Both the position numbers and the translations under genes were made by a program. The notes beneath the pieces were generated by a model that saw only the letters and a list, made by a program, of their open reading frames with translations, had not been told where the DNA came from and searched no databases. DNA of 64,000 nucleotides from Gammaproteobacteria bacterium (lineage in GTDB: Bacteria; Pseudomonadota; Gammaproteobacteria; Pseudomonadales; Pseudomonadaceae). The first letter of the stretch is position 1. The number at the start of each line of letters is the position of its first letter. Of the stretch, positions 52,270 to 64,000 are shown in pieces. Location of the stretch: NCBI GenBank assembly GCA_012728315.1, contig JAAYFI010000026.1:111778-175777 (forward strand), written 5' to 3'.

Positions 52270-53738
52270 TGGCTATGCCTTTGAATAAACTCTTCGCGCA
52301 AGCGCCCAGCGCCGTTTTGATTCGCGAACTGACCCTCGATAGCCGCAAAGTGCGTCCTGGTGACTTATTTATAGCGGTCAACGGCGCTCAGCAAGACGGC
52401 CGTGATTATATTGGTGATGCCATTGCACGCGGCGCCGCTGCTGTGGTGTATGAGGCGCGCGATGCACTGCCAATGCAAGATAGTGAAGCATTATTGTTAC
52501 CTGTGTATGACTTGCAGGCGCAGTTATCAGAAATTGCGGGTCGTTTTTATGGTGATCCCAGTCGTGCCTTGCGGGTGGTTGGGGTGACGGGTACCAATGG
52601 TAAAACCAGTGTTACACAATTGTTGGCGCAGGCCTCTGATGTATTAGGCCAACGGTGTGGCTTAATTGGTACTTTAGGCAGTGGCTTTTATGGCCGTTTG
52701 AGCGCGGGACACTACACCACGCCGGACCCGCTGTCTGTACAAGCCACCCTCGCTGATTTAAAAAATGCCGGTGCAAAAGTAGTGGCCATGGAGGTCTCAT
52801 CCCATGGTTTGGCGCAGCATCGGATCAGTGCGGTCAGTGTGGCCGTGGCCGTGTTAACCAATTTGACGCGTGACCACCTTGATTACCATGGCTCGATGCA
52901 GGCCTACGCTGAAGCTAAAGCACAGCTGTTTAATTGGCCTGAGTTGCGCGCTACGGTGCTAAATATTGATGATGCTTTTGGTCGTGAGTTAGCCATGCAA
53001 GCATCTTCGGCGCGCTTAATTACTTACAGTTTAACCGATCCCAGCGCCAGCATTTATTGCCGCAATATTCGTTTTAACACCTCAGGTATCCAAGCAGAGG
53101 TTGTGACGGCGCATGGTGAAGGTAATTTATCCAGCCATTTATTAGGGCGTTTTAATTTAAGCAATTTGCTCGCAGTGATTGGTGCTTTGTTAGCGCTTGG
53201 GCACTCTCTAAAGCAGGTCTTAGCAGTGATTGAAAAATTGCAGGGCCCGCCAGGGCGCATGCAAGTATTAGGTGGGCAAGGGCGCCCTGTGGTGGTGGTC
53301 GATTATGCACATACGCCTGATGCTTTAGAGCAAGTGCTTAGTGCTTTACGTCCACATGTTGCGGAGACTGGGCGCTTATTGTGTCTTTTTGGTTGTGGTG
53401 GTGAGCGTGATAGCGGCAAACGTCCATTGATGGCAGCGGTGGTTGAGCGCTTAGCGGATGGCGCAGTGGTTACCGATGACAACCCCCGTGGTGAAGAGCC
53501 GAGTGCTATTCGTGCAGAGATCTTACAAGGCTTTAGTGCAACAGCTGCAGTGACTGAAGTGGCCGATCGTGGGCGTGCCATTGCACAGGTTATTGCGCAA
53601 GCCACAGCCGCAGATGTCATTGTCTTGGCTGGCAAAGGGCACGAAGACTACCAAGAGATTAAGCAGCAGCGTCTGCATTTTTCCGATTTTGAACAAGCAG
53701 AGCAGGCATTAGCCGCATGGCAGGTGGGCGATGTTTAA
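52269..53738 (+). CDS. murE: UDP-MurNAc-tripeptide synthetase (mDAP-adding)
   Basis: TGTNGKTS, MEVSSH, DYAHTPD, DNPR. Confidence 0.97.
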
Positions 53739-55107
53739 ACCCTTGCAGTTAAGTCAATTGCTGCAGCCGTTGCAGGCGACCTTACGCGGCAGCGACGCTG
53801 AGTTTAGCGCGTTAAGCACAGACAGCCGTAAAGTCAGCCGTGGACAATTATTTGTGGCCTTGCGGGGTGAGTTTTTTGATGGCCACACCTATTTGGCTGA
53901 TGTGGCAAAGCGCGGCGCAGTCGCTGCGGTGGTTGAAGAGTATCAGCCTGAGGTGGCCATTACGCAGTTGTGTGTAGCGGATACGCGCCTTGCTTTAGGA
54001 CGCATTGCTTTGCTGAATCGGCAACAATTTAGTGGGCCTGCGGTGGCCGTTACCGGCTCCAGTGGCAAGACCACGGTTAAAGAAATGCTGGCCAGTATTT
54101 GCCGCAGTGCCTTAGGTGAAAGCGCGGTATTGGCGACCCGTGGAAATTTAAATAATGAGCTGGGCGTGCCTTTTACTTTGCTTGAGCTTAATGAGCAGCA
54201 TCGGGCTGCAGTGGTTGAATTGGGTGCATCGCATCCAGGCGAAATTGCCTATACCGCTTCTTTAGTGCAACCCGTTGTGGCGGTAATTAGTAATGCCGGT
54301 ATGGCGCATGCCGGCGAGTTTGGGGGGCCTGAGCATATTATTTTAGCCAAAGGCGAAATCCTCGATGGCTTAGGTGCGGATAATACCGCCGTATTGAACC
54401 TTGATGATGCTGCTTTTGCGCAATGGCGTGCGCGTAATACGCGGTGTCAGGTTTTAAGTTTTTCCACCAGTAATCCTGGTGCTGATGTTTACGCCAGTGG
54501 CGTGCTCAGCAATAGCCAAGGACGGATGGGCTTTAACCTGCACGGGGTTGCGGGTGAGTGTTTTATTCAGTTGGCGGTACTCGGTTTGCATAACGTTAGC
54601 AATGCGCTGGCTGCAGCGGCTGCTGCGCATGCCTTAGGCTTGCCATTAAGCGCGATTAAAGATGGCTTGGAAAGCATGAAGGCTATTTCAGGACGTAGCG
54701 TGGTGTACGAGTGTGCCAACCATGTGCAGGTGATTGATGATAGCTATAACGCTAACCCAGCCTCTATTCGTGCGGCTATCGATGTGCTGGAAAATATGCC
54801 CGGCCAACGCGTACTGGTGTTAGGTGATATGGGTGAATTGGGTGCATGGGCAGAGCGCGAACATGCTGAGATTGGCACTTATGCGAACGGCAAAGTTGAC
54901 GCCTTATTTGCCACCGGCCCACTGATGCAGCATGCCATTCAACAATATTGTGGCGTATCAGGGCACTTTCTCGAACAAAACAGTCTGATCGAAGCACTGC
55001 TTACCCAAGTAAGTGGTCCTGCAACACTATTAATTAAAGGTTCACGAAGTGCCGCAATGGAAAACGTTGTAAGTGCACTGCGTATAGGTTTAGGGGAAAT
55101 ACACTGA
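53731..55107 (+). CDS. murF: UDP-MurNAc-pentapeptide synthetase
   Basis: [30 protein letters not shown]. Confidence 0.97.
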   Translation: MFKPLQLSQLLQPLQATLRGSDAEFSALSTDSRKVSRGQLFVALRGEFFDGHTYLADVAKRGAVAAVVEEYQPEVAITQLCVADTRLALGRIALLNRQQFSGPAVAVTGSSGKTTVKEMLASICRSALGESAVLATRGNLNNELGVPFTLLELNEQHRAAVVELGASHPGEIAYTASLVQPVVAVISNAGMAHAGEFGGPEHIILAKGEILDGLGADNTAVLNLDDAAFAQWRARNTRCQVLSFSTSNPGADVYASGVLSNSQGRMGFNLHGVAGECFIQLAVLGLHNVSNALAAAAAAHALGLPLSAIKDGLESMKAISGRSVVYECANHVQVIDDSYNANPASIRAAIDVLENMPGQRVLVLGDMGELGAWAEREHAEIGTYANGKVDALFATGPLMQHAIQQYCGVSGHFLEQNSLIEALLTQVSGPATLLIKGSRSAAMENVVSALRIGLGEIH

Positions 55108-56189
55108 TGTTGCTTTTATTGGCGGAGTATTTACAGCAGTACTACAAAGGCTTTGCAGTCTTTCAGTACCTGACTCTGCGCGGAATTTTTGGCGTGCTCA
55201 CAGCTTTGGTGATGTCGTTGTGGCTGGGACCGAAAATGATACGTGTTTTACGCAACTTACAGATTGGTCAGTCGGTGCGCACCGACGGGCCGCAGTCACA
55301 TTTGTCGAAGTCAGGCACGCCCACCATGGGTGGCGCTTTAATTTTGGCTTCGATTACGATCAGTACCGTGCTGTGGGCGGATTTAAGTAACCGCTATGTT
55401 TGGATTGTGCTGCTGGTAACAGTGCTATTTGGTGCCATTGGCTGGGTGGATGACTATCGCAAAGTGGTCGAGAAAAACTCCCGAGGCCTGCCCGGTCGCT
55501 GGAAGTATTTCTGGCAGTCGGTATTTGGTCTGGCTGCCGCGTTGGTGCTGTATTTTACCGCGCAAACGCCGGCTGAAACGGCATTGATTGTGCCGTTTTT
55601 AAAGGATATTAGCATTCCGCTGGGTGCAGGCTTTGTCATTCTCACGTATTTAGTGATTGTCGGTACCAGTAATGCAGTCAACCTCACCGATGGTCTGGAT
55701 GGTTTAGCTATCTTGCCAACTGTCTTGGTTGGTGGCGCGCTGGGTATTTTCGCCTATCTCTCAGGGCATATCAGTTTTGCTCAATACTTGTTTATTCCTT
55801 ATGTGCCGGGCGTTGGCGAGCTGATTATTTTCTGTGGCGCTTTGGTCGGTGCGGGTTTGGGCTTTTTGTGGTTCAACACCTACCCTGCGCAAGTATTTAT
55901 GGGTGATGTCGGTGCGTTAGCCTTAGGCGCGGCACTGGGCACTGTGGCTGTGGTGGTTCGTCAAGAAATTGTCCTGTTTATTATGGGCGGCGTATTTGTT
56001 GTAGAAACCTTATCGGTGGTGATTCAAGTGGCCTCCTTTAAGTTAACCGGCAAGCGTGTGTTCCGTATGGCGCCGATTCATCATCACTTTGAATTAAAAG
56101 GTTGGCCAGAGCCGCGAGTGATTGTGCGTTTTTGGATTATCACTGTTGTGCTTGTGTTGGTGGGACTTGCCACCTTGAAGTTGAGGTAA
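55107..56189 (+). CDS. mraY: Phospho-MurNAc-pentapeptide transferase
   Basis: [34 protein letters not shown]. Confidence 0.98.
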   Translation: MLLLLAEYLQQYYKGFAVFQYLTLRGIFGVLTALVMSLWLGPKMIRVLRNLQIGQSVRTDGPQSHLSKSGTPTMGGALILASITISTVLWADLSNRYVWIVLLVTVLFGAIGWVDDYRKVVEKNSRGLPGRWKYFWQSVFGLAAALVLYFTAQTPAETALIVPFLKDISIPLGAGFVILTYLVIVGTSNAVNLTDGLDGLAILPTVLVGGALGIFAYLSGHISFAQYLFIPYVPGVGELIIFCGALVGAGLGFLWFNTYPAQVFMGDVGALALGAALGTVAVVVRQEIVLFIMGGVFVVETLSVVIQVASFKLTGKRVFRMAPIHHHFELKGWPEPRVIVRFWIITVVLVLVGLATLKLR

Positions 56190-56194
56190 ATAGC

Positions 56195-57535
56195 GTGCAA
56201 AGCATTAATCAGCACACACAGGTCGTTGTCGGCCTAGGCAAAAGTGGTCTGTCACTGGTGCGTTTTTTAGCGCGCCAAGGGCAGTCTTTTGCTGTTGTTG
56301 ATAGCCGTGAAAACCCTCCTGAACTAGCGACTTTGCAGCGTGATTACCCCGATGTCGCGGTACATTGCGGAGCTTTGTCAGCCGACTTATTCAGCGCTGC
56401 GCAGGTGCTGTATGTCAGCCCAGGTTTGCCGCTGAGTACCCCAGCCATTCAAGCTGCGATTGCTCGTGGTGTAAAAATTTCTGGGGATATTGATTTATTT
56501 GCTCAGCATGCCTGCGCACCTATTGTGGCCATTACTGGCTCCAATGCTAAAAGCACCGTCACCACCTTGGTGGGGCAGATGTTTGCTGCAGCCGGTTTGC
56601 ATGTGGCGATTGGTGGCAACTTGGGCGTGCCGGCGCTGGATCTGCTGGATGATAGCGTGGATGTGTATGTGATGGAGTTGTCCAGTTTTCAGCTGGAGAC
56701 GACATCGCACCTTAAGGCGCGGGTGGCGGTATGCCTTAACATTAGCGAAGACCATATGGACCGTTATGCGGATCTTGAGGGCTATATTGCGGCCAAGCAG
56801 CGCGTCTTTAACCATGCGCAAGCCGTCGTCATTAATCGCGATGATCAGGCTTCGCAGCCGCAACACACAGATGCTGCAGTGATCAGTTTTGGCTTGTCTG
56901 AGCCTGCTGCAGGCGAGTTTGGTTTGCGTCAGCAGTCAGGTGCAAGCTACTTGGCCTATGGTGACAAGCTGTTGTTACCCGTCAGTCAGCTAAAAATTCG
57001 TGGCAGTCATAACCAGGCTAATGCTTTGGCGGCATTGGCTCTTGGCCAGTCGATGGGGCTAGAAATGACAGCGATGCTTGCCGCATTGCAAGCCTTCCCA
57101 GGGCTTGCGCATCGCTGTCAGTGGCTGCGCAAATTGCACGGTGTGGATTGGTATAACGACTCTAAAGCCACCAATGTTGGGGCTGCATTAGCAGCCATTG
57201 GAGGTTTGTCGGCAAATATACAAGGCAAGTTAGTGCTGATTGCTGGTGGTGAGGGCAAGGGCGCCGATTTCTCTAGTTTAAAAGCACCCGTTGCACAGTA
57301 TTGCCGCGCGGTTATTGTTTTGGGTCGAGATGCCCAGCGTATGGCCCAAGCCTTGGGTGATGCTGTATTGATTGAGCGGGTGGCGACCTTGGAAGAGGCG
57401 GTACAGCGTGCTGCACAGTTAGCGCAAGCAGGCGATAGCGTAGTGCTGGCGCCGGCCTGCGCCAGTTTAGATATGTTTAAAAACTTTGAAGAGCGTGGTG
57501 ATGTATTTAGCCAAGCGGTAGGGAGGTTGCTATGA
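56195..57535 (+). CDS. murD: UDP-MurNAc-L-Ala-D-Glu ligase
   Basis: GLGKSG, TGSNAKST, ELSSFQL, NDSKATN; probable GTG start 56195. Confidence 0.97.
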   Translation: MQSINQHTQVVVGLGKSGLSLVRFLARQGQSFAVVDSRENPPELATLQRDYPDVAVHCGALSADLFSAAQVLYVSPGLPLSTPAIQAAIARGVKISGDIDLFAQHACAPIVAITGSNAKSTVTTLVGQMFAAAGLHVAIGGNLGVPALDLLDDSVDVYVMELSSFQLETTSHLKARVAVCLNISEDHMDRYADLEGYIAAKQRVFNHAQAVVINRDDQASQPQHTDAAVISFGLSEPAAGEFGLRQQSGASYLAYGDKLLLPVSQLKIRGSHNQANALAALALGQSMGLEMTAMLAALQAFPGLAHRCQWLRKLHGVDWYNDSKATNVGAALAAIGGLSANIQGKLVLIAGGEGKGADFSSLKAPVAQYCRAVIVLGRDAQRMAQALGDAVLIERVATLEEAVQRAAQLAQAGDSVVLAPACASLDMFKNFEERGDVFSQAVGRLL

Positions 57536-58752
57536 GCATATTTGATGCACTGGCATTGCCGTCACCGTGGCGCCACAACAATCAGGTTGATATTGATTTT
57601 CCTCTGCTTGCCGCTTGCGCATTGCTGATGGGCATCGGTTTGGTGATGATTGCTTCCGCCTCTTCGGCTGTGGCCGACACCAACACAGGCAACACTTTTT
57701 ATTATTTCATTCGGCATATGATTTATATCGTAATTGCTCTGATCGCCGGTGGCTTTACGCTGTTTATCCCGATGTCGACCTGGCAGCGTTATAGCGGCTG
57801 GCTATTGGTGTTGGCCTTTGTCGTACTTTTGTTGGTTTTAATTCCAGGCATTGGTCGTGAAGTGAATGGCTCGCGACGCTGGATTGGTGTGGGTATTTTT
57901 AATATCCAGCCTTCTGAGCTGGCTAAACTGTTTATGGTGATTTTTCTTGCAGGCTTTTTAGTGCGGCGTAAAGCTGAAGTGAAGCAGCGTTTACGCGGTT
58001 TAGCCAAACCCTTAATGCTGGCTATATTAATGGGTGTTTTGCTGATTAAAGAACCGGACTATGGCGCTGCAGTGGTGATGCTGGGGAGTGTCATCGTTAT
58101 GCTGTATTTAGCTGGGGTGCGTTTAATCTTATCGCTGCCTTTATTAGGGATTCTTCTGGCCTTGCTTTTTTCTATAGTGGGCCTGCAGGAGTACCACATT
58201 GCGCGCTTTATGACCTTTATTAATCCATGGGAAGACCAATACGGCACGGGTTATCAATTAACTCAGGCGCTGATTGCGTTTGGTCGTGGCGAATGGTTTG
58301 GCTTAGGTTTAGGTAACAGTATCCAAAAGCAGTTTTTCTTACCTGAGGCGCACACTGACTTTGTGTTTTCAGTCTTGGCTGAAGAGCTGGGTATGCTGGG
58401 CGCGCTAGCCACCCTAGCGTTGTTTGCGTTTGTCAGTGTGCGTGCCCTTATGATTGGTGCTTGGGCTGAGCAAGCTAAACAGTATTATTCAGCCTATGTT
58501 GCCTATGGTTTGGCCTTGCTATGGATTGCCCAGGTGGTGATTAACTTAGGTGTGAATACCGGGTTATTGCCGACCAAAGGCTTGACGCTGCCCTTTATCA
58601 GTTATGGCGGTAGCTCCTTGGTGGTTTGCTGCATCAGCTTGGCTATTTTATTGCGCATTGAATGGGAGCGACGCACGCACTTGCTATCGGCTAACGCCAT
58701 GAGCAAAGCGCAAATTGCGGCGATGGCCAAGGGGGTGCGTGATGCGCGGTAA
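57532..58752 (+). CDS. ftsW: SEDS peptidoglycan polymerase FtsW
   Basis: NGSRRWI, QPSE, LPEAHTDF, LPFISYGGSS. Confidence 0.97.
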   Translation: MSIFDALALPSPWRHNNQVDIDFPLLAACALLMGIGLVMIASASSAVADTNTGNTFYYFIRHMIYIVIALIAGGFTLFIPMSTWQRYSGWLLVLAFVVLLLVLIPGIGREVNGSRRWIGVGIFNIQPSELAKLFMVIFLAGFLVRRKAEVKQRLRGLAKPLMLAILMGVLLIKEPDYGAAVVMLGSVIVMLYLAGVRLILSLPLLGILLALLFSIVGLQEYHIARFMTFINPWEDQYGTGYQLTQALIAFGRGEWFGLGLGNSIQKQFFLPEAHTDFVFSVLAEELGMLGALATLALFAFVSVRALMIGAWAEQAKQYYSAYVAYGLALLWIAQVVINLGVNTGLLPTKGLTLPFISYGGSSLVVCCISLAILLRIEWERRTHLLSANAMSKAQIAAMAKGVRDAR

Positions 58753-59804
58753 TATTTTAATTATGGCTGCGGGCACCGGAGGGCATGTGTTTCCGGCGCT
58801 TGCTTGTGCTGCAGAGTTTAAAGCGCGCGGCTACCAAGTGCATTGGCTGGGTGCTGGGCGTGGGATTGAAAATGAACTGGTGCCAGAGGCCGGTTTTACT
58901 TTGCACACCTTACATGTGGATGGTTTGCGCGGTAAAGGTGTGCGCTCATTGCTGAGCGCGCCGTTTAAGTTGCTGGCAGCCTTATGGCAGGCCAAGCGTT
59001 TAATGCGCGAGCTGCAGCCGGTCTGTGTATTAGGCTTGGGTGGCTATATCACCGGACCTGGTGGGTTAGCGGCTTGGCTGTCTTCGGTACCACTAATCAT
59101 TCATGAGCAGAATGCAGTGGCTGGAACGGCTAACCGTGCTTTAGCGGTTTTTGCTACCCGTATTTGCGAGGCGTTTCCTAATACGTTTAAAAAACGCAAA
59201 AACTGTGTGACCACAGGTAATCCGGTACGTGAGTCGCTATTTTTAGCAACACCACGTAATAGCTTAGAGCAGCGCTCGGTTAATTTATTAGTTCTGGGTG
59301 GCAGCTTAGGTGCTGAGCCGTTGAATAAATTAATTCCCGCAGCTTTAGCCAAAGTCGCAGCAGAGCTGCGCCCAAGAGTGACCCATCAAGCGGGTCGTGA
59401 GCATGATCAAGTCACCCGTGAGCGTTATCAAACACTGGCTGTCGAGGCGCAGGTGGTGCCTTTTATCAGTGATATGGCGCGCGCCTATGCCTGGGCTGAC
59501 TTAGTGATTTGTCGTGCTGGAGCATTAACCGTCAGTGAGCTGGCTGCCGCTGGTTTGGGTTCGTTTTTAATCCCGCTGCCGCATGCCATTGATGATCACC
59601 AAACACGTAATGCAGAGTTTTTGGCAAAGCAGGGCGCCGCTGTCCTGCTGCCGCAACATGCGACTGATGCAGATGATTTAGCTGCACAGTTAACTGAGGT
59701 ATTGATGGACAAGAATCGTATTAACAGCATGGGTCAACAGGCGCGTTTATTAGCACAGCCCGATGCGACACAGCAGGTGGTAGCCGTGTGTTTGGAGGTG
59801 GCCC

Positions 59805-59812
<8 letters not shown>
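58742..59812 (+). CDS. murG: Lipid II GlcNAc transferase
   Basis: [28 protein letters not shown]. Confidence 0.97.
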
Positions 59813-62191
<2,379 letters not shown>

Positions 62192-62195
62192 TTCT

Positions 62196-63047
62196 GTGAA
62201 CAGTGTATTGCGGCAACCAAAGACTGCACCTCGGCGTGGAGCGACGCGTCAAGCGCCTGCGCGCGGGGCGAGTCGTGCTGCGATGCAAAAAACACCGCGG
62301 CAATGGCCTAAACCAAACTGGACAGTGATCAGCCGTATTGCTTTTGCTGTGCTGTTGTTGGCGTTGTTACTGGGGCTTGATCGCGGTTGGCAGTTGCTGC
62401 AGCCGCATATTAATCCGCCGATTTCAAAAATTCGTGTAGTGGGTGAATTAAGTGCAGCTAAACAGCAGGCCGTTGAGCAGCAGCTCATGCCCTATAGCAC
62501 CGGTTTGTTTTTATCTGTGGATATTCAACGGGTGCGCAGTGCTTTAGAGGAACTACCTTGGATTGCTCATGCCGAAGTAAGCCGGATTTGGCCGGATCAA
62601 CTGCAAGTGATTATTCAGGAGCAGTTGCCGGTGGCGCGCTGGGGGCAGGATGCATTACTGAGCACCCAAGGTTATTTGTTTTCCGCTGTGGATATGGTCG
62701 CTTATCAGCATTTACCACAACTGTCAGGACCTCAGCATGCGCAAGATCGCGTTATGCAGCAGTACCTGATATTTAGCCAAGCGCTGCGCCCTTTAGGCTA
62801 TTCGATTAAGCAACTGGAGATGCGTGAGCGGGGCAGTTGGTTTGTGACGACGCAAACAGGTCTACAGCTGCTATTTGGGCGTGATCACTTACTGGAAAAA
62901 ATGCGACGTTTTGCTGTGGTTTATGAGAAAGAGTTGAAACAACAAATTGAAAAAATTGAACGGGTTGATTTGCGCTATGCCAATGGTTTGGCTGTTGCAT
63001 GGCGCACCCCGACAGAGAGTGAAACTACAGCAGTGGTGACACAGTGA
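62196..63047 (+). CDS. ftsQ: Cell division protein FtsQ
   Basis: TM plus POTRA (LPWI...VSRIWPD) and DLRYANG. Confidence 0.94.
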   Translation: MNSVLRQPKTAPRRGATRQAPARGASRAAMQKTPRQWPKPNWTVISRIAFAVLLLALLLGLDRGWQLLQPHINPPISKIRVVGELSAAKQQAVEQQLMPYSTGLFLSVDIQRVRSALEELPWIAHAEVSRIWPDQLQVIIQEQLPVARWGQDALLSTQGYLFSAVDMVAYQHLPQLSGPQHAQDRVMQQYLIFSQALRPLGYSIKQLEMRERGSWFVTTQTGLQLLFGRDHLLEKMRRFAVVYEKELKQQIEKIERVDLRYANGLAVAWRTPTESETTAVVTQ

Positions 63048-63061
63048 AGGAGAGAAAATTA

Positions 63062-64000
63062 ATGGCACATGAGAATAACCACAACATGATTGTTGGTCTT
63101 GATATCGGCACATCCAAGGTTGTGGCGCTGGTCGCCGAAGTCACTCCTGATGGTGAGTTGAATATTATTGGCATAGGCACCCACCCGACTCGCGGCCTGA
63201 AAAAAGGCGTAGTGATTAATATTGAGTCAACCGTACAGTCGCTGCAAAGAGCCATTGAAGAGGCTCAGAAAATGGCTGCGTGTCATATTCATTCGGTTTT
63301 TGTTGGTATTGCCGGCAGTCATATCCGCAGCCAAAACTCTGATGGCATTGTAGCGATTCGTGATCGTGAGGTTAGCCGAGCGGATCTTGAGCGTGTGCTG
63401 GACGCGGCACAGGCCGTAGCCATCCCATCTGATCAAAAAGTACTGCACACCTTGCCGCAAGATTATGTCATTGATAACCAAGAAGGCGTGCGTGAACCTT
63501 TAGGTATGTCAGGGGTGCGTTTAGAGGCGCGTGTGCATGTGGTCACTTGTGCGATTAACGCCTCACAAAATATTGAAAAATGTGTAAGTCGCTGTGGTTT
63601 AGCCATTGAGGATGTGATCCTTGAGCAGCTGGCTTCAGCTGAGGCTGTATTGACTGAAGACGAGAAAGAGCTGGGTGTGTGTTTAGTGGATATTGGTGGC
63701 GGTACTTCAGATATCGCTATCTTTACTGAAGGTGCGATTCGCCACACCGCGGTTATCCCGATTGCCGGTGATCAAGTGACCAATGATATCGCTATGGCGC
63801 TGCGTACACCGACGCAATATGCCGAAGAAATCAAAATTCGTTATGCCTGTGCTCTGGCTAAGTTAGCCGGCCCAGGCGAGACCATTAAAGTGCCCAGTGT
63901 GGGCGATCGTCCACCGCGAGAGCTGTCCCGTCAAGCTTTAGCTGAGGTGGTCGAGCCGCGCTATGAGGAGCTCTTTACTTTAATTTTAGCGGAACTGCGC
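63062..64000 (+). CDS. ftsA: Cell division protein FtsA (partial, runs off window)
   Basis: ATG 63062 reads MAHENNHNMIVGLDIGTSKVVALV...GLKKGVVINIE...VDIGGGTSD. Not in the ORF track because it is truncated. Confidence 0.96.
   Translation, partial: MAHENNHNMIVGLDIGTSKVVALVAEVTPDGELNIIGIGTHPTRGLKKGVVINIESTVQSLQRAIEEAQKMAACHIHSVFVGIAGSHIRSQNSDGIVAIRDREVSRADLERVLDAAQAVAIPSDQKVLHTLPQDYVIDNQEGVREPLGMSGVRLEARVHVVTCAINASQNIEKCVSRCGLAIEDVILEQLASAEAVLTEDEKELGVCLVDIGGGTSDIAIFTEGAIRHTAVIPIAGDQVTNDIAMALRTPTQYAEEIKIRYACALAKLAGPGETIKVPSVGDRPPRELSRQALAEVVEPRYEELFTLILAELR

Overview
A 64-kb core-genome window from a Pseudomonadaceae bacterium with roughly balanced GC. The gene set is Pseudomonas-like but less GC-rich, consistent with the Thiopseudomonas/Denitrificimonas group (inference). 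It runs from the end of rpsI through petABC, sspAB and the BON-gmhA-yraN-lpoA-rsmI cluster. Next come about 40 kb of shuffled housekeeping blocks: folM-folE-folX-hopJ, flavodoxin-rluE, globin-DUF2788-Lrp, gpx, bamD-rluD-pgeF, acyl-CoA ligase-DUF1302-DUF1329, SNF2, nit-tldD-yjgA-pmbA, prmA, SRAP, kdsD-lpt-rpoN-pts, rhlE and tesB. The window ends with rnpB and the dcw cluster (mraZ to partial ftsA). Two RNA genes missing from the ORF track are clear: RNase P RNA and one Fur-boxed PrrF sRNA. I saw no mobile element, tRNA, rRNA or CRISPR array. Best leads: (1) an unannotated transcription unit of about 190 nt divergent from an Lrp/AsnC gene, with phased repeats, a 29-codon ORF and its own terminator; (2) a SRAP protein with a natural Cys2->Ser change; (3) PrrF seed complementarity to both the petA and petB ribosome-binding sites; (4) a candidate FadL-independent lipid-uptake module with a sigma54-like promoter and CA motifs. 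All calls come from reading the sequence and recalling protein families; no searches were run.
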